Below are positions 8,575 to 18,941 of a DNA stretch of 41,096 bases, one piece after another. The stretch comes from Pirellulales bacterium. GTDB taxonomy: Bacteria; Planctomycetota; Planctomycetia; Pirellulales; UBA1268. The DNA lies in assembly GCA_044336925.1 (NCBI GenBank), contig JBIIOM010000002.1, forward strand, positions 1-41,096, given 5' to 3'. Each line of letters begins with the position of its first letter. The first letter of the stretch is position 1. The notes under the pieces are model-generated. The model was not told the origin of the DNA and made no database searches. It worked only from the letters and a program-made list of their open reading frames with translations. A program made the position numbers and the translations under genes.

Positions 8575-8682
8575 ACCGTAATGAAAGTAGACCGCTTGCT
8601 CCGCAAGCGGATCGGGACCCGCTTGCGGAGCAAGCGGTCTACCGACGCGGATTGGGACCCGCTTGCGGCGCACGCGGTCCAC
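8571..8682. repeat. REP/REPIN-like repeat cluster, type C (partial head, full inverted pair 8587..8642, degenerate third arm)
   Basis: GTAGACCGTA, then GTAGACCGCTTGCTCCGCAAGCGGATCGGGACCCGCTTGCGGAGCAAGCGGTCTAC, then GGGACCCGCTTGCGGCGCACGCGGTCCAC. The first GTAG contains the TAG stop of the isomerase gene. Confidence 0.8.
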
Positions 8683-8811
8683 CTCGTCCGTACAATCGAC
8701 ATTGAATCTGGCAACGCTTTGTCTCTGTGACGACGTGATGACCGATCGGGGCATCGATCAGATCCTCGGCGAGCAGATCGTCGTCAGTCCCGGCAACCGC
8801 TCCGGCAGCGC

Positions 8812-11136
8812 ATGATGGCCCCGCACCGCTCCCAGCCCCGGCGCGAAATCAGAAAGCGGCTGTCGATCGCGGGCGTGGTGCAGGGGGTCGGATTCCGGCC
8901 GTTCGTCTGGCGACGGGCCACGCGGCTGGGCCTCTCGGGCTGGGTGGAAAACGATGCCGCGGGCGTGACGGCCGAAGTGCAGGGACCGGCCGAGGGCGTG
9001 CAGGCCTTTCTCGACAGCCTCGCGGAGGAGGCGCCGGCCCTCGCGGTCGTGCAGCGCGTGAAAGTGGAAGACGTGCCCGTCGAGGAGTCGGCGGCGTTCG
9101 TCATCCTCGCGAGCGCGAGCCGGGCTGCGCCGACCGTCGCCGTCTCCCCCGACGTCGCCACCTGTGATGCCTGCCGCGCCGAGCTCGACGACCCGCGCAA
9201 CCGCCGCCACCGCTATCCTTTCATCAACTGCACCGACTGCGGCCCGCGGTTCACGATCATCACGAACCTTCCCTATGACCGCCCGCAGACGACGATGCGG
9301 GATTTTGAAATGTGCGCGGCCTGCGTTGCCGAGTATGCAGACCCCGCCGATCGGCGGTTTCACGCGCAGCCCAATGCGTGCGGCCGCTGCGGTCCGGCCG
9401 TGTGGCTCGCGGCCGCGGCAGACGGCGAGACCGCGACCGAACGGCCCGCCGGCGGCGCCGTGGGGGAGCGGGCGATCGACGGGGCGCGGCGGGCGCTCCG
9501 CGGCGGAGACGTGCTCGCCATCAAGGGGCTCGGCGGTTTTCATCTGGTCTGCGACGCGACGAACGAGGCCGCCGTGAACCGGCTCCGCGAGCGGAAGCAT
9601 CGCATCGCCAAGCCGCTGGCCGTGATGGTGGCCGGCGTGGAGCAGGCGCGGGCCTGCGCCGAGATCGACGAACAGGAGCGGCGGCTGCTCGAAGGCCGGG
9701 AGCGGCCGATCGTGCTCGTGCGCAAGCGGGCCGACGGGGGTGGCATCGCGGCGGCGGTCGCTCCGGGCAACGATTTTCTGGGGCTCATGCTCCCTCACTC
9801 GCCACTCCACCATCTGCTCTGCGCGGGGATGCCGCCGCTCGTGATGACGTCGGGCAACCTCTCCGAGGAGCCGATCGTGCATGACAACCGCGACGCCGCG
9901 ATCCGCCTCGCGCCGCTCGTGGACGGCTTTCTGATGCACGACCGGCCGATCCACGTGCCCTGCGATGATTCGGTCGTCCGCTGCGTGGCGGGCATGGCAC
10001 TGCCGATCCGGCGGTCGCGGGGATTCGCGCCGCTGCCCGTGCGGCTTGCGCGCGGGGGCCGGAGGGTGCTCGCCGTCGGCGGCGAACTGAAAGCGGCCCT
10101 CTGCCTCGCCCGCGGCGACGAGGCGATCATGAGCCAGCACATCGGCGACATGGGCAACCTCGAGACGCTCGACGCGCTCGCCCGCACGGCCGAGCACTTG
10201 ATGCGGCTCTTTCGCACGGCGCCCGAGATCATCGCGGCCGACAGGCATCCGGGCTATCTCTCGACGCAGTGGGCCGCGCGGTTCGCCGCGGAAAGAAAAA
10301 TCCCGCTCGTGCAGGTGCAGCACCACGAGGCGCACGTGGCCGCGCTCATGGCCGAGCACGGCAGGATGGAAAGGCCGCTGATCGGCGTCTGCTTCGACGG
10401 CACGGGCTTCGGCCGCGACGGCACGATCTGGGGGGGCGAGGTCTTCGCGGTGCAGGAGGGCGTGTTCCGCCGCGCCGCGCACGTGGAGCCGTTTCCATTG
10501 CCCGGCGGCGATGCGAGCATCCGCCACCCCTGGCGGACGGCGCTCGCGATGCTGCATGCGGCGGGATGCGAGTGGAACGGGTGCCTCGCTGCGGTGCAGG
10601 CCGCGGGGGATGCGGAGCTGCGGCTGCTCCGGCAACAGCTCGAGAAAAACCTCAACTGCGTGGCCGCGAGCAGCATGGGCAGGCTCTTCGATGCGGTGGC
10701 GGCGCTTGCGGGCGTGAAGCAATCGATCACGTATGAGGCGGAGGCGGCGATGAATCTCGAGGCGCTCGCCGGGGAGGCGGCCGGTGATGACGGGGCGTAT
10801 GCCTTCACGATGCAGGCCGGCGGGCCGGTGCGGATCGGCTGGCAGGGAGTCGTGCGGCAGGTCGCGGCCGATGCGAGCGCGGGAGTTCCGGCGGCGGCGA
10901 TCGCGATCCGGTTTCATCGGGGCGTGGCGGAGATGATCGCGGAGGCCTGCATGCGGCTGCGGTCGGACGGGGCGGGGAATGTCGCGGGGCTGACGGGGGG
11001 CGTGTTTCAAAACGCGCTGCTTCTGCGGCTGGCGATCGACGAATTGCACCGCGCGGGCTTCGACGTGCTCTGCCACGAGCGGGTGCCGGCGAACGACGGC
11101 GGCCTCGCCCTCGGCCAGGCCGTGTTGAGTAGGTGA
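8812..11136 (+). CDS. hypF: [NiFe]-hydrogenase maturation carbamoyltransferase HypF
   Basis: Acylphosphatase-like N-terminus (GVVQGVGFRPFV), two CxxC-x18-CxxC zinc fingers (CDACRAEL...CTDCGPRF; CAACVAEY...CGRCGP), and YrdC and Kae1-like regions. 774 aa. Confidence 0.95.
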   Translation: MMAPHRSQPRREIRKRLSIAGVVQGVGFRPFVWRRATRLGLSGWVENDAAGVTAEVQGPAEGVQAFLDSLAEEAPALAVVQRVKVEDVPVEESAAFVILASASRAAPTVAVSPDVATCDACRAELDDPRNRRHRYPFINCTDCGPRFTIITNLPYDRPQTTMRDFEMCAACVAEYADPADRRFHAQPNACGRCGPAVWLAAAADGETATERPAGGAVGERAIDGARRALRGGDVLAIKGLGGFHLVCDATNEAAVNRLRERKHRIAKPLAVMVAGVEQARACAEIDEQERRLLEGRERPIVLVRKRADGGGIAAAVAPGNDFLGLMLPHSPLHHLLCAGMPPLVMTSGNLSEEPIVHDNRDAAIRLAPLVDGFLMHDRPIHVPCDDSVVRCVAGMALPIRRSRGFAPLPVRLARGGRRVLAVGGELKAALCLARGDEAIMSQHIGDMGNLETLDALARTAEHLMRLFRTAPEIIAADRHPGYLSTQWAARFAAERKIPLVQVQHHEAHVAALMAEHGRMERPLIGVCFDGTGFGRDGTIWGGEVFAVQEGVFRRAAHVEPFPLPGGDASIRHPWRTALAMLHAAGCEWNGCLAAVQAAGDAELRLLRQQLEKNLNCVAASSMGRLFDAVAALAGVKQSITYEAEAAMNLEALAGEAAGDDGAYAFTMQAGGPVRIGWQGVVRQVAADASAGVPAAAIAIRFHRGVAEMIAEACMRLRSDGAGNVAGLTGGVFQNALLLRLAIDELHRAGFDVLCHERVPANDGGLALGQAVLSR

Positions 11137-11179
11137 GCCATTGGGCTCTGGGTAAACCAGATGGACGGCCGCTGGTACG

Positions 11180-11260
11180 GTAGCCCGAAGCGCGAGCGAG
11201 GAGAGTGGAGGTGGAGCGGAGTAGCGAGGAGGTTTGTCCTTGCTTGCGCTGCGGGCTTTC
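11180..11260 (-). mobile_element. MITE-like element, family A, copy 5 (shortened, inverted orientation)
   Basis: GTAGCCCGAAGCGCGAGCGAGG ... CCTTGCTTGCGCTGCGGGCTTTC match the family A termini. It lies in the convergent hypF/hypB intergenic region. Confidence 0.6.
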
Positions 11261-11262
11261 GT

Positions 11263-11319
11263 GGCAGGCTGAAGCCTGCCCTACTGGCGGCGTGGGTGGC
11301 AGGCTGAAGCCTGCCCTAC
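11263..11319 (-). repeat. Two tandem REP units, type D (minus-strand reading GTAGGGCAGGCTTCAGCCTGCC)
   Basis: GGCAGGCTGAAGCCTGCCCTAC occurs at 11263..11284 and 11298..11319. The second unit contains the TAG stop of hypB. Confidence 0.8.
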
Positions 11320-11975
11320 TTTTTGCGCTCGGCGAGAAAAGCGAGCCACTCGTCGAGGCCCGCGCCGGTCTTCACCGACGTCTCGATGATCCGCATGCCG
11401 GGCCGCACGGCTTCGATGTTCGCCCGGGCCAGATCGCGGTTGAAATCGCAGGCCTCCGCGAGGTCGATCTTCGTGATCGCCGCGATGTCGGCCGTGTTGA
11501 AGAGGCCCGGATACTTGAGCGGCTTGTCTTCCCCCTCGGTCACCGAGAGGAGCGCGAGGCGGACCGATTCGCCGAGATCCCAGCTCGTGGGGCAGACGAG
11601 GTTGCCGACGTTTTCGATGAAGAGATAGTCGAGCGCGGCGAGATCCCAGTCGGCGATGTGGGCCTGCACCATGTCGGCCTCGAGGTGGCAGAGGCCGTGC
11701 GTCATGATCTGCCGGACCGGTGCGCCGCTCTCGGCCAGCCGGCGGGCGTCGTTGTCGGTTTCGAGGTCGCCGACGACCGCCGCGGCCGGGATGCCGCGGG
11801 CCACGAGCCGGGAGAGCGTCTCCTTGAGAAACGCCGTCTTGCCGGTGCCGGGGCTCGACACCATGTTCACGACGAGCACGCCGAGCGACTCGAATCGTGC
11901 CCGCATCGCGCGGGCCGTCTCGTCGTTCTTCTTGAGGATCTTCGTGCGGACCTCGAGGATGCGCGGCTGGCTCAT
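11316..11975 (-). CDS. hypB: Hydrogenase nickel-incorporation GTPase HypB
   Basis: P-loop SSPGTGKTAF and ENVGNLVCP, TKIDL motifs. 219 aa with no His-rich N-terminus. Its start overlaps the hypA stop (ATGA). Confidence 0.95.
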   Translation of the reverse strand: MSQPRILEVRTKILKKNDETARAMRARFESLGVLVVNMVSSPGTGKTAFLKETLSRLVARGIPAAAVVGDLETDNDARRLAESGAPVRQIMTHGLCHLEADMVQAHIADWDLAALDYLFIENVGNLVCPTSWDLGESVRLALLSVTEGEDKPLKYPGLFNTADIAAITKIDLAEACDFNRDLARANIEAVRPGMRIIETSVKTGAGLDEWLAFLAERKK

Positions 11976-12346
11976 GCGTCGGCGGTCTCCCCAGGCTCGG
12001 TGGATTCCAGTTCGATCGATTCGAGGTCGAGTTCGCGTCCGGCGCGAATGTCGGCCGACGGCGTGCTGCAGATCGGGCAGGCGAATCGCTGGATGCCGGG
12101 CAGTTCGAATGCCGCCTCGCACCGCGGGCACCAGACGCTCACCGGCACGGCCACGATCCGCAGTTCGGCCCCGGCCAGCGGCGTGCCCTCGCGAACCATT
12201 TCGAAACTGTACCGCAGCGCATCCTCGTGCACGCACGAGAGCCGGCCGATCCGCAGCGTGACCGCGGCCACGCGGTTGCCGCCCGCCTCTCGGACGTGTT
12301 GCGAGGCGATTTCGACGATGTTCGTGGCGATCGACAATTCGTGCAT
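11972..12346 (-). CDS. hypA: Hydrogenase nickel-insertion metallochaperone HypA
   Basis: N-terminal MHELSI and a zinc site CPRC...CPIC. 124 aa. It is translationally coupled to hypB. Confidence 0.9.
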   Translation of the reverse strand: MHELSIATNIVEIASQHVREAGGNRVAAVTLRIGRLSCVHEDALRYSFEMVREGTPLAGAELRIVAVPVSVWCPRCEAAFELPGIQRFACPICSTPSADIRAGRELDLESIELESTEPGETADA

Positions 12347-12497
12347 AACGCACCGGGGGTGACGATCGCCGACATACGGTGGCTGTCTCCGCGGGAATTC
12401 TACCTGGGCAGCGGCTTTCAGACACGCCGCCACGGCGATACACTTCGTCATCCCAAGCGCAGCGGATAGCGGATGCGATCCCGAGCGAGGTTCCGCG

Positions 12498-13109
12498 ATG
12501 TCCCCGGAAATCTTCGGCCTCTGCCTGGCCGCACTCTCCATCGGCGTGGTGCATACGCTCTTGGGGCCCGACCACTACCTGCCATTCGTGGCGCTGGCGA
12601 GGGCCGAAGGATGGACCGCCCGCAAGACGCTCGGCGTGACGATCGCCTGTGGGTTGGGGCACGTGGCCGGCTCGGTTGCGATCGGCAGCGTCGGTCTCCT
12701 GCTCGGGGCCGCCGTCATGAGACTGGAGGCGCTGGAAGCGTATCGCGGCGACGTGGCTGCGTGGGCGCTGATCGGCCTGGGTGTGGCCATCATGGCAGCG
12801 GGGATGAAACAACCCGCCGCATCGGCTTCACGGTGGGCCCCGTGGCTCATGTTTCTCGTTTTCGTGTTGGGCCCGTGTGAGCCGCTGATCCCGCTGCTCA
12901 TGATTCCAGCCGCCACGATGAACGCCGGCGTCGTGGCGGTGGTCGTCGCCGTGTTCACCGGGGCGACGGTCGGCACGATGGCGATCATGGTCCTGGCGTT
13001 GCGGCAGGGGCTCGTGGGCGTGGAGACGACGCCCGCACACCGCTTCGGCCACGTCGTGGCGGGCGTGGCCATCATGGCATGTGGCGTTCTCGTGAAGGTG
13101 GGGCTGTGA
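12498..13109 (+). CDS. Polytopic membrane protein, candidate Ni/Co transporter (H-x3-G-x-DH motif)
   Basis: About six hydrophobic segments. VHTLLGPDHYLPF resembles the HxxxGxDH signature of HupE/UreJ- and NicO-type nickel transporters. It is the first gene of the protease-hypCDE unit, with GAGG 7 nt before the ATG. Confidence 0.55.
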   Translation: MSPEIFGLCLAALSIGVVHTLLGPDHYLPFVALARAEGWTARKTLGVTIACGLGHVAGSVAIGSVGLLLGAAVMRLEALEAYRGDVAAWALIGLGVAIMAAGMKQPAASASRWAPWLMFLVFVLGPCEPLIPLLMIPAATMNAGVVAVVVAVFTGATVGTMAIMVLALRQGLVGVETTPAHRFGHVVAGVAIMACGVLVKVGL

Positions 13110-13609
13110 GCGTGGACGAGGCCCGCCCGTTGCGGACACTGGTGATCGGCTGCGGCAACGTGCTGCGCGGCGACGACGCCGCCGGGCCCGCGGTCGTGCG
13201 CCGACTGCAGGAACGTGGGGTTCCCGAGGGCGCGCGGTGCGTCGATGGTGGCACGGACGGCATCGCGGTGGCCTTCGGGATGAAGGGGGCGTTGGAGCTG
13301 ATCGTCGTCGATGCCTGCCGGTCGGGAAGCGAGCCGGGCACGATCTTCGAGGTGCCTGGCGAGGAGTTGGAGCACCTGCCACCCCTCGTCGGCATCAACC
13401 TCCATGCGTTCCGCTGGGACCATGCGATCGCCTTCGGCCGCCGGCTGCTCAAAGATCGATATCCGCGGCGGGTGACGGCCTATCTCATCGAGGGAAGGTC
13501 GTTCGAGCCGGGCGACGATCTTTCGCCGGCGGTCGATCGAGCGGTCGGCACGCTGGTGGCCCGGCTCCATGCCACGCTCAGCGGCGTGCCGGAGCCTTCC
13601 GCGCCATGA
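13106..13609 (+). CDS. [NiFe]-hydrogenase maturation endopeptidase (HybD/HoxW family)
   Basis: LVIGCGNVLRGDDAAGPAV...VVDA...NLHAF matches the protease family. The GTG at 13106 overlaps the upstream TGA (GTGA). An ATG at 13079 is an alternative start. Confidence 0.85.
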   Translation: MSVDEARPLRTLVIGCGNVLRGDDAAGPAVVRRLQERGVPEGARCVDGGTDGIAVAFGMKGALELIVVDACRSGSEPGTIFEVPGEELEHLPPLVGINLHAFRWDHAIAFGRRLLKDRYPRRVTAYLIEGRSFEPGDDLSPAVDRAVGTLVARLHATLSGVPEPSAP

Positions 13610-13619
13610 GGAGTGGTTG

Positions 13620-13969
13620 ATGTGCCTCGCCGTCCCCGGAAAAGTCGAATCGATCCACGACGAGCGAGGCACCCGCATGGGCCGCGTGAACTTCGGCGGC
13701 GTGGTGAAGGACGTCTGCCTCGCCTACCTCCCCGACATCGCCGTGGGCGACTACACGATCGTGCACGTGGGCTTCGCGATCTCGAAGATCGACGAGGCCT
13801 CGGCCCGCGAGACGCTCCGCACGTTCGCCGAGCTCGGCATCCTCGAGGAGGGCCTCGCCGAATTGCGGGATGGCGAAGCCGAGTCGCCGGGGACGGGGGG
13901 AGACTCGGCTTGGGCGAGGATACGCCAACTCGCCTCGCCTTCCCCCGATCCCCGGCTCCGAGAACCACA

Positions 13970-13973
<4 letters not shown>
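13620..13973 (+). CDS. hypC: Hydrogenase assembly chaperone HypC/HupF, with an unusually long C-terminal tail
   Basis: Begins MCLAVPGKV (essential Cys2), with GAGGAG upstream. 117 aa, ending in a low-complexity tail. The stop overlaps the hypD ATG (ATGA). Confidence 0.9.
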
Positions 13974-15109
<1,136 letters not shown>

Positions 15110-15118
15110 AGTTCCCTC

Positions 15119-15352
15119 ATGAGCACTGCGGACATTCTCGACGAACTTGCGAAGTTGACTCCCGCCGAGCGCCGTCAGATCGCGGAACGACTGGCGGAGC
15201 TCGATCGGGGAGCCATCGATCTGGGGTCCCGCGGCATCGACGTCTCCGCGGCCGCGGAACTTCGATCGCGACTTGGAGCGTTTGCCGACGACTGGGGCGG
15301 CCCGGAGATGGCGTCTTATGACGATTACGACGCAGCCAAAGCGAAACTGTAG
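15119..15352 (+). CDS. Type II antitoxin (addiction-module component type N-terminus; ...FADDWGGPEMASYDDYD C-terminus)
   Basis: 77 aa. LAKLTPAERRQIAERL resembles the addiction-module antitoxin helix. It overlaps the downstream MazF-like ORF. Confidence 0.6.
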   Translation: MSTADILDELAKLTPAERRQIAERLAELDRGAIDLGSRGIDVSAAAELRSRLGAFADDWGGPEMASYDDYDAAKAKL

Positions 15353-15686
15353 CCGCGGCGACGTCGTCCTCGTGCTCTTTCCCCATGCCGACCTCCGGAC
15401 TGCAAAGGCACGGCCGGCGCTCGTCGTGCAGGCAGATCATCTCGATTCCGGGCTTTCGCAGGTCGTCGTCGCCATGATCAGCGGTCGTTTGTTTCGTGCC
15501 GGCCACCCGAGTCGTGTCGTCGTGCGCATCGATACCGCGACGGGCCGGGAGACCGGACTGCTCGCGGACTCGGTCGTGATGACCGACAACCTCGCGACGG
15601 TGACCCTCGCGGCGATTGACCGAATGATCGGCACGCTGCCGATGCACGAGGTCGATGCGGCGTTGAAGCACACTCTGGGACTGTGA
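15318..15686 (+). CDS. PemK/MazF family type II toxin (mRNA interferase)
   Basis: RGDVVLVLFPH...KARPALVVQ...VVVAMISG...TDNLATV pattern of the MazF/PemK fold. The start is uncertain. The stop overlaps the hypE GTG (GTGA). Confidence 0.75.
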   Translation: MTITTQPKRNCSRGDVVLVLFPHADLRTAKARPALVVQADHLDSGLSQVVVAMISGRLFRAGHPSRVVVRIDTATGRETGLLADSVVMTDNLATVTLAAIDRMIGTLPMHEVDAALKHTLGL

Positions 15687-16750
15687 CGGCGCGTCCGATG
15701 AACTTCTCCTGCCCGGCGTCGCTGCGCGACCATCCGCACGTGATCCTCGGTCACGGCGGCGGCGGCGCGCTTTCCCGCGACCTGATGGAGGGCATCTTCC
15801 TCCCCGCGTTTTCGAATCCGCTGCTCGATCGGCTGGGCGACTCCGCCGTGCTCGACATGGCCGACGACCTCGCCGGCGGCGGGCGGCTGGCGATCTCGAC
15901 CGATTCCTACGTCGTGCGGCCGCTCTTCTTTCCCGGCGGATCGATCGGCGCGCTGGCCGTCAACGGCACGGTGAACGACCTCGCGATGAGCGGGGCCATT
16001 CCGAAGGTGCTCACCGCCGGTTTTATTCTGGAAGAGGGGCTGCCGATCGCCGAACTCGCCGCGGTGGTCGAGCGGATGGCGGCGGCGGCGCGGGCGGCGG
16101 GCGTGCGGATCGTCGCCGGCGACACGAAGGTGGTGGACCGCGGCCACGGCGACGGTGTCTATATCAACACGTCGGGGCTCGGCGTCGTGTTGCCGCAGGT
16201 GCGGGTGGGCCGCGAGCCGCCCCGCGCCGGCGATGCCGTGCTCGTGAGCGGCACGCTCGGCGACCACGGCATGGCGATCATGAGCGTGCGCGAGGGGCTC
16301 GAATTCGACGCCCCGATCGAGAGCGACTCGGCGCCGCTGCACGGGCTCGTGGCGGCGCTGCTCGCCGTGTGTCCCGAGATCCGCATGCTCCGCGATCCCA
16401 CCCGCGGCGGCGTGGCGACGAGCCTCAATGAAATCGCCGCGGTTGCGAACGTGGGCATCGAGATCGACGAGGGAGCCGTGCCGGTGAACCCGCACGTCGC
16501 GGCCGCCTGCGAGATTCTCGGCCTCGATCCCCTGCTCGTGGCCAACGAGGGCAAGCTGCTCGCGATCGTGCCGGGAGCCGCCGCCGAGGGCGTGCTCGCC
16601 GCGATGCGGGCGCACGAGCATGGGAAGCAGGCGGTGATCCTCGGCCGCGTCGTCGCGGAGCATCCGCGGCTGGTCGTCATGAAGACCCGCATCGGCGGCA
16701 CCCGCGTGCTCCCGATGCCGGTCGGCGAGCAGCTCCCGCGGATTTGCTAG
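15683..16750 (+). CDS. hypE: Hydrogenase maturation carbamoyl dehydratase HypE
   Basis: AIR-synthase-like fold with ILGHGGGG, and the diagnostic C-terminus PRIC. GTG at 15683; an ATG at 15698 is an alternative start. Confidence 0.95.
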   Translation: MTARPMNFSCPASLRDHPHVILGHGGGGALSRDLMEGIFLPAFSNPLLDRLGDSAVLDMADDLAGGGRLAISTDSYVVRPLFFPGGSIGALAVNGTVNDLAMSGAIPKVLTAGFILEEGLPIAELAAVVERMAAAARAAGVRIVAGDTKVVDRGHGDGVYINTSGLGVVLPQVRVGREPPRAGDAVLVSGTLGDHGMAIMSVREGLEFDAPIESDSAPLHGLVAALLAVCPEIRMLRDPTRGGVATSLNEIAAVANVGIEIDEGAVPVNPHVAAACEILGLDPLLVANEGKLLAIVPGAAAEGVLAAMRAHEHGKQAVILGRVVAEHPRLVVMKTRIGGTRVLPMPVGEQLPRIC

Positions 16751-16755
16751 GAGGC

Positions 16756-17111
16756 AAAAAGGTGTCAGGACTCTTTTCCACCTTCCGCCTTTTTCTGTCA
16801 GCCGGGGCGGGCGTCGCTTGCCAGCGGCTCGACCGTGGCCACGTGAAAAAGCGGGCAGATGCGGGCGTCGGCGGGCAGTCCATCGTCGGCCGCGTCGATG
16901 CCCACGAAGAGATCGTTCTTCGTCACCCAGGCCATTTCCGGATGCCGCACCTCGTAGGCCTCGCCGCTCGACATCACGACCCTGAACGGCCTGAATGGCT
17001 GCTGCCGCAGCAGATCTCGAACCATGGTCGTCGTCATTTCTCGCCTCCGCCGCCTAGGATATACGCGCGTACATGCTGCGTCAAATTGCAAAAAGAGTCC
17101 TGACACCTTTT
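16756..17111. mobile_element. 356-bp segment bounded by inverted repeats AAAAAGGTGTCAGGACTCTTTT / AAAAAGAGTCCTGACACCTTTT (family B ends) carrying one small ORF
   Basis: 22-bp inverted repeats read at 16756..16777 and 17090..17111. The same sequence bounds the short elements at 36980..37074 and 37340..37425. Confidence 0.55.
16798..17037 (-). CDS. Small hypothetical protein (79 aa)
   Basis: The ATG at 17037 is preceded by GGAGG. No family recognised. It lies entirely inside the IR-bounded segment. Confidence 0.5.
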   Translation of the reverse strand: MTTTMVRDLLRQQPFRPFRVVMSSGEAYEVRHPEMAWVTKNDLFVGIDAADDGLPADARICPLFHVATVEPLASDARPG

Positions 17112-17150
17112 ATTCACCTCTTGCCTCGCGCTGCATAATGGATCACCGGC

Positions 17151-18937
<1,787 letters not shown>

Positions 18938-18941
<4 letters not shown>

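Noticed and set aside
8720-8740. Sigma54-like TGGCA-N-TTGT sequence (ctGGCAacgctTTGtc) upstream of hypF.
   Set aside because: The spacing between the GG and the would-be GC element is off by one, and the -12 element is GT rather than GC. It is too weak to call.
8758-11076. Very long antisense or alternative-frame ORFs. Examples: 8758..11076 (-), 831..1916 (-), 4607..6442 (+), 11205..12362 (+), 13751..14962 (-), 15437..16663 (-), 17277..18689 (-), 22270..24087 (+), 25088..26485 (+), 29577..31529 (-), 33251..34765 (-), 38043..39680 (-).
   Set aside because: Each is antisense to, or out of frame with, a gene carrying clear family motifs. Their translations are Arg/Pro/Gly/Ala-rich low-complexity strings typical of stop-codon-poor high-G+C DNA. 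I treated them as artefacts.
12347-12497. Possible metal-responsive operator or riboswitch in the divergent hypA / Ni-transporter intergenic region.
   Set aside because: No clear palindrome or conserved riboswitch-like structure was visible by eye. Comparative alignment or a covariance-model scan (for example the NiCo riboswitch) is needed before any claim.
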